NCBI GenBank assembly: GCA_965208885.1
Contig: CBDBPS010000002.1
Location: 1,237,750 to 1,301,749, forward strand
Direction: 5' to 3'
Origin: Dehalococcoidia bacterium
Lineage (GTDB): Bacteria; Chloroflexota; Dehalococcoidia; UBA2979
Length of the DNA: 64,000 nt
The notes below the pieces were generated by a model that was not told where the DNA came from, searched no databases, and was given only the letters and a program-made list of their open reading frames with translations. The translations under genes were made by a program, and so were the position numbers. Position 1 is the first letter of the stretch. Every line of letters begins with the position of its first letter. Of this stretch, positions 41,752 through 50,907 are shown piece after piece.

Positions 41752-44682
41752 GTGACCGCCGCACCCGGCATCTCCGCCGCCGCGTTCGCCGCCAAGTGGC
41801 GCGACAACGCGCGCCGCGAGCACGCATCCTCGCAGGAGCACTTCATCGACCTCTGCCGCCTGCTCGGCGTGCCGACGCCCAATGAGGCCGACCCCACCGG
41901 CGAGTCGTACACGTTCGAGGCGGGTGCGGAGCGGCTCAGCACGGGGCGGCAGGGCTGGGCCGACGTCTGGAAGCGCGGCCACTTCGGCTGGGAGTACAAG
42001 GGCGCGCACGCCGACCTCCGCGCGGCCTACCGCCAGCTCCTCGACTACCGCGAGGACCTTGAGAACCCGCCCGCGCTCGTCGTCAGCGACATGGACCGCA
42101 TCGAGGTCCACACGAACTTCACGGGCACCCGCCCCGTCGTGCACGACGTCACGCTCGACGACCTGGCCGAGGGCGGCGACCGTACCGCCGAGGCGATGCG
42201 CATCCTCGGCGCCGTCATGCTCGACCCCGCCGCGCTGCGGCCGGAGCAGACGCCCGACGAGATCACGCAGCTGGCCGCGGCGCGCTTCGCCGAGATCGCG
42301 CAGTCCATGCACGAGCGCGGGCACGACCCGGAGGCGGTCGCGCACCACCTCAACCGCGTCGTCTTCTGCCTGTTCGCCGAGGACGCCCGCCTGCTGCCGG
42401 AGCGCGTGCTGACCGAGATGATCGAGTCGCGCCGGGGCGACCCGGAGGCGTTCGACACCGGGCTGCGCGAGCTGTTCCTACGGATGTCGGACCGCGACGC
42501 CGACCGCTTCTACGGCAACGTGCGCGTCGAGTGGTTCAACGGCGGGCTCTTCGACGACGCCGAGGTGATCCCGTGTACCCGCGAGGAGCTGCGCGCGATG
42601 CACGACGCGGCGCTGCTCGACTGGTCGCGGGTGGAGCCGGCGATCCTCGGCACGCTGTTCGAGCGCGGGCTGGACCCGGACAAGCGCGGTCAACTGGGCG
42701 CGCACTACACGGACCACGAGAAGATCATGATGGTGGTCGAGCCCGTGGTGCTCGAGCCGCTGCGCCGCGAGTTCGAGGCGATGCAGGCGCGCGTCGAGGA
42801 GCTGGCGGGCGGGCAGGAGCCGAGCCCGCTCACGCTCGACGGTCGCCGCCGCGAGCGGCTACCGGCGTGGGAGCGGGACGCCGAGGCGGAGTGGCGGGCG
42901 TTCCTCGAACGGCTGCGGGCGGTGCGGGTGCTGGACCCGGCGTGCGGGTCGGGGAACTTCCTGTACGTGACGCTGCGGCGGCTCAAGGACCTGGAGCATG
43001 AGGCGATCCGCTGGGGCGCGGAGCGGCTGCGCATTCCCGCCGACTTCCCGCAGATCGATCCGCACAATGTGCTGGGCATCGAGATCAACCCGTACGCGAG
43101 GGAGCTGGCGGGCGTCTCAATCTGGATCGGGCACATCCAGTGGATGATCGACCATGGGTACGGTCTCCCGCGCGACCCGGTGCTCGATCGACTCGACAAC
43201 ATCGAGCTACGCGACGCGATCCTCGCCTACGACGACGAGGGCACCCCGGTTCCGGCCACCTGGCCGGAGGCCGAGTTCGTCGTCGGCAACCCTCCGTTTC
43301 TTGGTACCAAGCTCATGAGGCTGTCGCTGGGGGACGAGTACGTCGGCGACGTGTTCGTTGCGTGGGACGGCTCAGTGGCTCGCGAGTCGGACTTGGCGTG
43401 TTACTGGCACGAGCTCGCGCGAAGGCGGATCGCGGAGGGCGTGACGCGGCGCGCAGGTCTCCTCGCTACTAACTCGATCCGCGGCGGCGCGAACCGCACC
43501 ACGCTCGACCGGGTCAAAGGGAGCGGCGAGATCTTCATGGCCTGGTCTGACGAGGAATGGGTCGTCGAGGACGCGGCTGTGCGCGTTTCGATCGTCGGGC
43601 AGGACGACGGCTCGGAGGCCGAACGGACACTCGACGGAGATGTTGTTGACGTGATCAACAGCAACCTGACGACCGGCGTAGACGTGACGCAGGCTCGCAT
43701 GCTCGGTGAGAACGCGGATGCCTCGTTCATGGGGGACACTAAGGGCGGAGCATTCAACGTTCCGGGCGAAGTGGCCCGCGAGATGTTGAAGCAGCCCACG
43801 AACGTCAACGGGCGCCGCAACGCTGACGTGCTGGTGCCTTGGGTGAATGGGCTGGACGTCACCCGGAGGCCACGGGGCACCTTCATCATCGACTTCGGTG
43901 CGGACGCCAGCGGGTCTGACGCGGCTGCGTACGAAGCGCCGTACGGGTACGCCCGGAAGCACGTCCAGCCAGTTCGCGCGAACAACCGGCGCAAGGCTTA
44001 CCGCGAACGGTGGTGGCTCCATGTTGAGCCCCGACCAGCGATGCGAAAGGCTCTGGCTCCGCTACGCCGTTTCGTCGCAACGCCCACGGTGGCCAAGCAC
44101 CGCCTGTTCGTCTGGCTGTCAGCCCCAACGCTCCCCGACCACCAACTCATTGTCATTGCGCGGGAGGACGACTACGCGTTCGGGGTGCTGCACTCGCGGG
44201 CGCACGAGCTATGGTCGCTGCGCATGGGGACGTGGCTCGGCGTTGGGAACGACCCGCGCTACACGCCCACCTCCACCTTCGAGACCTTCCCCTTCCCATG
44301 GCCCCTCGACACCCCCGACGAGGCGCTGACCGACGAGCAGCGCGCGCACCGCGACGCCATCGGCGAGGCGGCGCAGGCGCTCGACGAGTCGCGTCGGCGC
44401 TGGCTCAACCCGCCCGAGCTCGTGCGCGAGGAGCCCGACGTTGTGCCCTCGCTGCCCACGCGCCTGCTCCCCGTCGACGGGGACGCCGAGCGGGTGCTCA
44501 AGCGCCGCACGCTCACCAACCTCTACAACGAGCGCCCGGCGTGGCTCGCCAACCTCCACCGCGCCCTCGACGCCGCCGTGTTCGCGGCCTACGGGTGGTC
44601 GGAGGCCGGGGAGCCGGATGAGCTGGGGGAGGAGGAGCTGCTGGGGCGGCTGCTGGCTCTGAATTTGGAGCGGGCGGGGTAG
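41752..44682 (+). CDS. MmeI-family Type IIL (type IIG) restriction-modification enzyme: N-terminal PD-(D/E)xK endonuclease fused to an N6-adenine methyltransferase and target-recognition region
   Basis: N-terminal 'WADVWKRGHFGWEYKG' (D...EYK, matching MmeI-family 'FW.GK.LIEQKS'). MTase motif I is 'VLDPACGSGNFLY' and motif IV is 'VVGNPPFLG'. A roughly 400-aa lower-GC C-terminal region follows. GTG 41752 with a GAGGAG RBS; the track start 41701 is the alternative. Confidence 0.85.
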   Translation: MTAAPGISAAAFAAKWRDNARREHASSQEHFIDLCRLLGVPTPNEADPTGESYTFEAGAERLSTGRQGWADVWKRGHFGWEYKGAHADLRAAYRQLLDYREDLENPPALVVSDMDRIEVHTNFTGTRPVVHDVTLDDLAEGGDRTAEAMRILGAVMLDPAALRPEQTPDEITQLAAARFAEIAQSMHERGHDPEAVAHHLNRVVFCLFAEDARLLPERVLTEMIESRRGDPEAFDTGLRELFLRMSDRDADRFYGNVRVEWFNGGLFDDAEVIPCTREELRAMHDAALLDWSRVEPAILGTLFERGLDPDKRGQLGAHYTDHEKIMMVVEPVVLEPLRREFEAMQARVEELAGGQEPSPLTLDGRRRERLPAWERDAEAEWRAFLERLRAVRVLDPACGSGNFLYVTLRRLKDLEHEAIRWGAERLRIPADFPQIDPHNVLGIEINPYARELAGVSIWIGHIQWMIDHGYGLPRDPVLDRLDNIELRDAILAYDDEGTPVPATWPEAEFVVGNPPFLGTKLMRLSLGDEYVGDVFVAWDGSVARESDLACYWHELARRRIAEGVTRRAGLLATNSIRGGANRTTLDRVKGSGEIFMAWSDEEWVVEDAAVRVSIVGQDDGSEAERTLDGDVVDVINSNLTTGVDVTQARMLGENADASFMGDTKGGAFNVPGEVAREMLKQPTNVNGRRNADVLVPWVNGLDVTRRPRGTFIIDFGADASGSDAAAYEAPYGYARKHVQPVRANNRRKAYRERWWLHVEPRPAMRKALAPLRRFVATPTVAKHRLFVWLSAPTLPDHQLIVIAREDDYAFGVLHSRAHELWSLRMGTWLGVGNDPRYTPTSTFETFPFPWPLDTPDEALTDEQRAHRDAIGEAAQALDESRRRWLNPPELVREEPDVVPSLPTRLLPVDGDAERVLKRRTLTNLYNERPAWLANLHRALDAAVFAAYGWSEAGEPDELGEEELLGRLLALNLERAG

Positions 44683-44744
44683 CGCCTCGCCACAGCGAGG
44701 CGCGATGCTAGACTCGATCGGCACGGCGATCGGGAGCCGGAATC

Positions 44745-45020
44745 ATGGACGTCAAGGAAGCAGTCGTGGTCGCGAAGAGCTACCTCGCCGATCTCCTGTC
44801 TGACGAGGATGTCACCAACGTCGGGCTGGAGGAGATCGAGCGTTTAGGCTCCGTGTGGCAGATCACGCTTGGGTTCTCACGACCGTGGGACTACCAGCGT
44901 GCCCAAGCATGGCGCGCGGAGCCGAGACCACCTCGTCGGTCGTACAAAGTGCTGAAAGTCGATGACGGCTCCGGCCAGGTCGTCTCGGTCAAGGAGCACT
45001 CGACAGCGACTGCGAACTGA
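44745..45020 (+). CDS. small protein of unknown family (91 aa), paralog of 45568..45837
   Basis: Roughly 35-40% identical to the downstream paralog ('MDV(K/R)EA...A(K/R)SY...LEE...W..TLGF.RPWD...RSYK...DD.G.VV'). It ends 4 nt before the PIN gene. Confidence 0.55.
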   Translation: MDVKEAVVVAKSYLADLLSDEDVTNVGLEEIERLGSVWQITLGFSRPWDYQRAQAWRAEPRPPRRSYKVLKVDDGSGQVVSVKEHSTATAN

Positions 45021-45024
45021 GTCG

Positions 45025-45480
45025 ATGCCGCCGACCGGCTACTTCATCGACGCGAACCTGCTTGTGTTGCTCGTCGTTGGCCTTGAGGATCCTGCGCTCA
45101 TCGACACGCACCGTCGATTGCGCGACTACACCGTTGCGGACTATGACACGCTCCTCGACATCGTCGGCGACGAGACTGTGTTCGTGACCCCAAACACGCT
45201 GACCGAGGCGTCCAACCTGCTCGGGTATCGCCGGGATCTGCGCTCGAGTCTGTACGGACGGCTCAGGTGGCTCATCGAAGAGAGTGAGGAGATCATCGTC
45301 CGCAGCGCCGATGCAGCCTCGAACAGCTCGTACCGCCGACTCGGGTTGACCGATGCCGCGCTCCTCGAAGTCGCGAGTGCTGACACGCCTGTCGTTACAT
45401 CCGATGTCGCCCTGTACAACGCCGCATCTGAGAAGGATCACGCTGCGGCCGTGAACTTCGCCCATCACCGTTCGGCCTAG
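45025..45480 (+). CDS. PIN-domain (VapC-like) ribonuclease
   Basis: Four conserved acidic positions in the canonical order ('YFIDAN', 'TPNTLTEASN', 'GLTDAALLEVA', 'VVTSDVALY'). Confidence 0.7.
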   Translation: MPPTGYFIDANLLVLLVVGLEDPALIDTHRRLRDYTVADYDTLLDIVGDETVFVTPNTLTEASNLLGYRRDLRSSLYGRLRWLIEESEEIIVRSADAASNSSYRRLGLTDAALLEVASADTPVVTSDVALYNAASEKDHAAAVNFAHHRSA

Positions 45481-45567
45481 TGCGCGCCCGACCGAAGACC
45501 CACACCGCGGGGGCTCGACCGGGCCATGCACGCTACACTCGATGCGAAGCGTGACGGAGCGGAGTGC

Positions 45568-45837
45568 ATGGACGTCCGGGAAGCGGCTGCGCTCGCACGG
45601 AGCTACTTCGCCTCGGTGTATCTCGACGAGGCGATCGAGGGCCTTCGGCTTGAGGAGCTCAAGTACGACTACGATGAGGACGAGTGGAGCGTCACTCTGG
45701 GGTTCATCCGCCCGTGGGATCAGGGACTCGCCAGCGAGCCCACAGAGATCGCTGGACGCTCCTACAAGGAAATTCGCATCAGCGATGACACCGGTGAAGT
45801 CGTAGCGCTCAGGGATCGCTTCCCCCGCGCGGACTGA
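45568..45837 (+). CDS. small protein of unknown family (89 aa), paralog of 44745..45020
   Basis: Homology to 44745..45020. GGAGCGGAG RBS before ATG 45568; ATG 45526 is an alternative start. Confidence 0.55.
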   Translation: MDVREAAALARSYFASVYLDEAIEGLRLEELKYDYDEDEWSVTLGFIRPWDQGLASEPTEIAGRSYKEIRISDDTGEVVALRDRFPRAD

Positions 45838-45925
45838 GCCGCCACTCCCCCGCTGCCCAGCCTGACGCGCGGGCTCCGCTCCGCCGGGGGCTATACTCGA
45901 CGGGTCCGAGCAGAAGGGCGGGGAC

Positions 45926-46810
45926 ATGTTCTTCATCAACGTCGTCAAGCAGTACGAGCGGGCGGTCGTCTTCCGCCTCGGCCGTCACATCGGCACGCGC
46001 GGGCCGGGGCTCGTGATCCTGATTCCGTTCGTCGACAACGGCGTGCGCGTCGACCTGCGAGAGTTCGTGATCGAGGAGCCCAAGCAGACCTCGATCACGA
46101 AGGACAACGCGCTCGTCGACGTGGACTTCGTCGTGTTCCTGCAGGTTGCGCAACCCGAAGACGCGGTCATCAACATCAACAACTTCGTCGTCGCCGTCCG
46201 CAACCTGGCGACCACCTCGCTGCGCGCCGTCATCGGCGACCTCACCGTCGAGGATGTGCTGGCCCGCCGCGAGGAGATCAACACGCGGCTGCAGGTCAAG
46301 ATCTCCGAGGAGACCGTGCGCTGGGGCGTCGAGGTGCGCTCCGTCGAGATCCGCGAGATCACGCCGCAGGCCGACATCCAGCACGCGATGACCCAGCTCC
46401 TCACCGCGGACCGCACGAAGCGCGCGCTGATCACCGAGTCCGAGGGCGAGCGGCAGGCCGCGATCAACGTGGCCGAGGGCAACAAGCAACGGTCGATCCT
46501 CGAGGCCGAGGGCTCACGCGAGTCCCAGATCCTGCGCGCGGAGGGGTCGCGCCAGGCGCAGATCCTGGAGGCCGAGGGCTTCTCGACCGGCCTGCAGCGC
46601 ATCTACGAGACGGCGCAGGGCGTCGACTCGAAGACGATGGGGCTGCAATACCTGGACATGATGAAGCAGCTGGGCGCGGGCGAGTCCACGAAGTGGATCA
46701 TCCCGATGGACCTCGCGAGCGTCGCGGGCGGCCTCAGCGACACGCTGTCGGGCCTGTCGAGCATGGGTGGCAACGGCGACGGCGCGGGGAGCGCCAACGG
46801 CGACAGCTAG
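45926..46810 (+). CDS. SPFH / band-7 (stomatin-prohibitin-like) protein
   Basis: 'VKQYERAVVFRLGR' and the EA-repeat coiled coil 'ILEAEGSRESQILRAEGSRQAQILEAEG'. There is no obvious N-terminal TM helix. Confidence 0.9.
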   Translation: MFFINVVKQYERAVVFRLGRHIGTRGPGLVILIPFVDNGVRVDLREFVIEEPKQTSITKDNALVDVDFVVFLQVAQPEDAVININNFVVAVRNLATTSLRAVIGDLTVEDVLARREEINTRLQVKISEETVRWGVEVRSVEIREITPQADIQHAMTQLLTADRTKRALITESEGERQAAINVAEGNKQRSILEAEGSRESQILRAEGSRQAQILEAEGFSTGLQRIYETAQGVDSKTMGLQYLDMMKQLGAGESTKWIIPMDLASVAGGLSDTLSGLSSMGGNGDGAGSANGDS

Positions 46811-46829
46811 AGCCGGGGCGCAGGACGCG

Positions 46830-47459
46830 CTACGTCCGGACGAACCGTCGCATCAGCCGATGATGCTTGCGGGTGCTTCCAGCGTCCTCGAATCCCGCTC
46901 GAACGAATGCCCGGGCCGTCCCCATATAGTCGTAGGGCCACGAGTCCTCACCGTTAGCGACCGGCAAAGCCTCGACCACGTCGGCGCCGGCATGCACCGC
47001 GACGGCGCATGCCTCCTCGATGAGGCGGGCCTGGACGCCGAGGCCGCGTGACTCTGGGGCCACATAGAAGCAGACGATGGCCCACACACTCGTCTCGGCG
47101 TCGTAGCTCTCGCCCACGAGCCTGAAGGAATCCGTCCGCGCGTACGTTGAACGAGGTGCCACGGAGCACCAGGCGGTGGGCCGCCCGTCCAGGTAGGCGA
47201 GGATGCCGACATGCGTCCCGGCGTCGACGAAGGACTTGAGCGCCTCGCGCTTCATCGCCGGTGTCGCGCCGCGCCGTGCCTCGCCGGGCATCTCCCGCCA
47301 GACCATGCACCAGCAGGTGCCCGGCGTGACCCCTGACGATGTCGACCTCGACTCCTCGAAGAGCTGTGCCAGATCGGCCCAGCGCTCCACCGTCACGGCG
47401 TGGAACTCGATCTCACCCTGCGTTGGCAACGCAGGATGCGTCCGAGGTGTGTCTTTCAT
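46830..47459 (-). CDS. GNAT-family N-acetyltransferase
   Basis: Acetyl-CoA-binding 'VAPESRGLGVQARLIEEA' motif. Confidence 0.75.
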   Translation of the reverse strand: MKDTPRTHPALPTQGEIEFHAVTVERWADLAQLFEESRSTSSGVTPGTCWCMVWREMPGEARRGATPAMKREALKSFVDAGTHVGILAYLDGRPTAWCSVAPRSTYARTDSFRLVGESYDAETSVWAIVCFYVAPESRGLGVQARLIEEACAVAVHAGADVVEALPVANGEDSWPYDYMGTARAFVRAGFEDAGSTRKHHRLMRRFVRT

Positions 47460-47541
47460 GTCTGCCTCCGCCGTGCCTCAGAGTGAGCGCCCACTGCAGG
47501 CCATAGGTGCTTTCACAGGGATGATTGTGCCGGATAGAAGG

Positions 47542-48759
47542 CTACTGGTAGCCCTCCTCGGCGCTGGTGTCCTCGCGCGGCTTGCGGGTCGGGGCGAGGT
47601 AGCGCACGGCGATGACGCCGACGAACGCGCCGATGAGCAGCGTGATCGCGACGATCGTGCCGAGCATGATCGTGAGCACACGCTGGATGCCCACCTCGGT
47701 GTCACCGCCGCCGATCCAGATCCCGACGGCGATGGCGACCGCGATCGCCGCGCCCGCTCCGAGCACGCCCCCGGTCGGGATGAAGATCTCCAGCACCACG
47801 AGCAGCGCGGCTAGCCCGAGCAGCGCGATCGCCGTCTCGCCCGGCAGCAGCGTCCCTAGCCCGAGGAACGCGAGCAACAGCGCGATCGCGCCGGCGGTGC
47901 CAGGCAGGAACGTCCCCGGTGCGAAGAACAGCTCCGCCCCGATCCCGATGACCCCGATCAGCAACAGCAACGAGACGATCAGCGGGCTGCTGACGATCGC
48001 CAGCACGCGCTCGTAGGGATTGAAGGCGTTCTCGACGCGCGGCGCCGTCACCAGCTGCAGCTCGACCGTGCGCCCGCCGATCAGCTCCACCTCACGCCCC
48101 TCGATGGCCTCGAGGAGGTCGGCCTCGGTGGCGGCGACGAGGTCGACGACGTTGAGCTCGACGGCCTCGTCGGGCGTGGCGGAGCGGGCGTCGCGGACGG
48201 CTTCTTCGGCCCAGTCGGCGTTGCGGTCACGGAACTCGGCGACGGCGCGCGCGAACGCGACGGTGTCGTTCGTGACCTTCTCGCCGAGGTCGCCCTCGAC
48301 GTCCTCGCCGGTGGCGGCAATGGGCGTCGCCGCGCCGATGGTGGTGCTGGGCGCCATCGCCGCGACATGGCCGGCCATCACTACGAACGTGCCGGCCGAG
48401 ACGGCTTCCGCCCCGGCAGGCCCCACCCACGTGACCACGGGGACCCCTGCGTTCTCGATGAGCCCGACGATCGTCTTCATCGCGGTGATCTCGCCGCCCG
48501 GCGTGTCGACGCGGAGCAGCACGGCGCGGGCGTTGGTCTCCTCGGCGTGGTCGAGGGCGCGCTCGATGTAGCGCTCGAGGACGAAGTCGACCTGGCGGTC
48601 GATGGTGACCACGTGGAGGGCACCGGTGGTGTCGTCGGGCGCGCAGGCAACGGCGAGCGAGGCGACGGCGAGGAGCGTGGCGGACAGGAGCGTGAGTGCG
48701 CGTCGAGGAAGAGAGCGAGCCATCCGAGCCTCCGTGGCGACGCATGCCGCCACTACCAC
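47542..48759 (-). CDS. NfeD-family membrane-bound ClpP-class serine protease
   Basis: 'PGGEITAMKTIVGLIE', a 'SAGTFVV' nucleophile region and C-terminal TM helices plus OB-fold. Confidence 0.85.
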   Translation of the reverse strand: MVVAACVATEARMARSLPRRALTLLSATLLAVASLAVACAPDDTTGALHVVTIDRQVDFVLERYIERALDHAEETNARAVLLRVDTPGGEITAMKTIVGLIENAGVPVVTWVGPAGAEAVSAGTFVVMAGHVAAMAPSTTIGAATPIAATGEDVEGDLGEKVTNDTVAFARAVAEFRDRNADWAEEAVRDARSATPDEAVELNVVDLVAATEADLLEAIEGREVELIGGRTVELQLVTAPRVENAFNPYERVLAIVSSPLIVSLLLLIGVIGIGAELFFAPGTFLPGTAGAIALLLAFLGLGTLLPGETAIALLGLAALLVVLEIFIPTGGVLGAGAAIAVAIAVGIWIGGGDTEVGIQRVLTIMLGTIVAITLLIGAFVGVIAVRYLAPTRKPREDTSAEEGYQ

Positions 48760-48777
48760 GATAACCCGGAGCAGCCG

Positions 48778-49410
48778 TCAGAGGTCGCGGGCGAGATCCT
48801 CGTCGCGGCCGGCGAAGACAAGGGCGTCGCCGGGGCCGATGACGCGGTCACGGACGGGGTTCAGCTCGATCCGGCCGTCGCGCACGACGATGAGCAGGCG
48901 ACGCGTCGTGTCGCCCTCGTCGAGCGCGCTCACGGTGTGGCCGTGCAGGTGCTCCGGCGCCGGGTAGACACCGATGCCGTAGTCGGCGCTCAGCGAGAGG
49001 TAGTCGCGCGCGCTGCTCACGCGCAGCAGGTGGGCGAAGCGCTCGCCACCCTCCTGCTCGGGCTGCACCACCCGGCTCACCCCGATGCGTTCGAGGATCG
49101 ATGCGTGCAACTCCGTCGAAGCCTTGGCATAGACGGCTTCGACCCCCAGCGCCTGCAGGTTCATCGCCGCGAGCACGCTCGCCTCGAGCACTCCCGTCGC
49201 GACGACGGCCGCTTCCATGGAGCCGACGCCGAGGTCGCGGAGCGCGAGCTCGTCGGTGATGTCGGCCACGGCCGCCTTGGCGCAGTACGGCGCGGTCCGC
49301 TGCACTCGCCCCTCGTTGGAGTCGACCGCGAGCACCTCGTGGTCGAGGTTGCCGAGTTCGCGGACGAGCGAGGAGCCGAAGCGGCCCAGTCCGAGCACGG
49401 CGATCTGCAT
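48778..49410 (-). CDS. trkA: Trk/Ktr potassium uptake regulatory subunit (TrkA-N plus TrkA-C)
   Basis: 'IAVLGLGRFGSSL' Rossmann motif. Confidence 0.9.
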   Translation of the reverse strand: MQIAVLGLGRFGSSLVRELGNLDHEVLAVDSNEGRVQRTAPYCAKAAVADITDELALRDLGVGSMEAAVVATGVLEASVLAAMNLQALGVEAVYAKASTELHASILERIGVSRVVQPEQEGGERFAHLLRVSSARDYLSLSADYGIGVYPAPEHLHGHTVSALDEGDTTRRLLIVVRDGRIELNPVRDRVIGPGDALVFAGRDEDLARDL

Positions 49411-49437
49411 GGTGCGCTCCTCTCGTCGCGCGGTCCG

Positions 49438-50841
49438 CTACCCGATCCGCACGCGCCCGTGCGCGTAACGGTAGCGCTCCTGCGGCCGGTCGGGGATTGA
49501 GAACGCCACGATCATGGGGCCGAGCCGCCCGACGAACATCAGGATCGTCGCCAGGATCACGCTCGGCGTGGACAGGTCCGGGGTGATGCCGAGCGTCCAT
49601 CCGATGTTGGCGAGCGCCGACATCGTCTCGAAGAACACGGGCAGCAGCGGCCGGTCCTCGAGCAGCAGCATCACCCACACACCCAGCATCAGGAGGATAA
49701 CGCCCAACGATGCGACGGCCACTGCGCGCAGCACGATCGCCTGCGGGATCTCGCGGCCGAAGGCCTGGGCGCTGTGGCGGCCTCGCAGGGCGGAGATCAT
49801 GGCGAGGATCGTGATCATGAAGGAGCCGACCTTGATGCCGCTCGCGCTGGACGTCGAGGCGCCGCCGATGAACATCAGCGGCAGCAGCAGCGTGATGCTC
49901 GATACGTGTAGCTCGGCGATGTTGACCGTGGTCATGCCGGTGGTGCGGTTGGCGGCCATGAAGAAGACGTTCGCGAAGGCGTGCACGGGGCTGAGCTCGC
50001 TGATCGGGTCGTGCTCGATCCACTCGGAGGCGGCGAACATCGCCATGCCGACGACGAGCAGCGAGCCCATGCCGATCACGACGAGTCGCGTGTCGAGCGT
50101 CCAGCGCCGCGGGCGGTTGCGCAGGTTGAAGACGGTGACGAAGGAGAGCGCCCCGATGAACGTCGAGACGCCCATCACGATGATCGGGTACGGATCCTCG
50201 GTCTGCCCGGTGAAGCTGCGCGTGCCGCCCATGAGGTCGAAGCCGGCGCAGTTGGCGGCGGAGAGTGCGTGGAAGAAGGCGTTCCAGACCGCGGTCGCCG
50301 GGTCCCACTTCGTGAGCGACCACGGGAGCAGCAGCACGAACGTCGTGAGCTCGAGCGTGAGCACGAACAGCGCCGCGCGCCGCATCAGGCGTCGCATGTC
50401 ACGCTCGCCGTCGCCGATGAGCTCGATGCCGAAGAAGTCGCGCCCGCGCAGCCCGAACTGGCCGCCCACCAGCAGGATCAGCATCCCGGCGTAGATGGTG
50501 ACGCCGAGCCCGCCGAGCTGGATCAGCACGAGGATGACCACCTCGCCGAAGAGGCTGAAGTGGTCGGCGGTATCGAAGCGCACGAGTCCCGTCACGCAGA
50601 GCGCCGACGTCGAGGTGAAGAGAGCGTCCCAGCCGTTGGTCCACTCACGCGACTCGGACGCGATGGGCAGGGCGAGGAGCAGCGCGCCGAAGGCGATCAG
50701 GGCCGCGAACGCGCCGGGCACCATCCACGGCCGCGGGCGGAAGCGGCGGCTGCGGGTGAGCGAGACGCGCACCGTCTCCGGGCGCTGGCGGCGACGCCGA
50801 ACGACGACGTTGCCGGGGAGCCGCTGACCGAGTCGTTGCAT
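49438..50841 (-). CDS. trkH: TrkH/KtrB-family potassium transporter
   Basis: Repeated M1-P-M2 pore motifs and overall family match. Confidence 0.9.
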   Translation of the reverse strand: MQRLGQRLPGNVVVRRRRQRPETVRVSLTRSRRFRPRPWMVPGAFAALIAFGALLLALPIASESREWTNGWDALFTSTSALCVTGLVRFDTADHFSLFGEVVILVLIQLGGLGVTIYAGMLILLVGGQFGLRGRDFFGIELIGDGERDMRRLMRRAALFVLTLELTTFVLLLPWSLTKWDPATAVWNAFFHALSAANCAGFDLMGGTRSFTGQTEDPYPIIVMGVSTFIGALSFVTVFNLRNRPRRWTLDTRLVVIGMGSLLVVGMAMFAASEWIEHDPISELSPVHAFANVFFMAANRTTGMTTVNIAELHVSSITLLLPLMFIGGASTSSASGIKVGSFMITILAMISALRGRHSAQAFGREIPQAIVLRAVAVASLGVILLMLGVWVMLLLEDRPLLPVFFETMSALANIGWTLGITPDLSTPSVILATILMFVGRLGPMIVAFSIPDRPQERYRYAHGRVRIG

Positions 50842-50907
50842 CCCAGCCTCGCGTAGACCCGCCGTATGACAGCCTACGCCTGCGCCCGACCCGGCGCGAG
50901 GCTCGAC

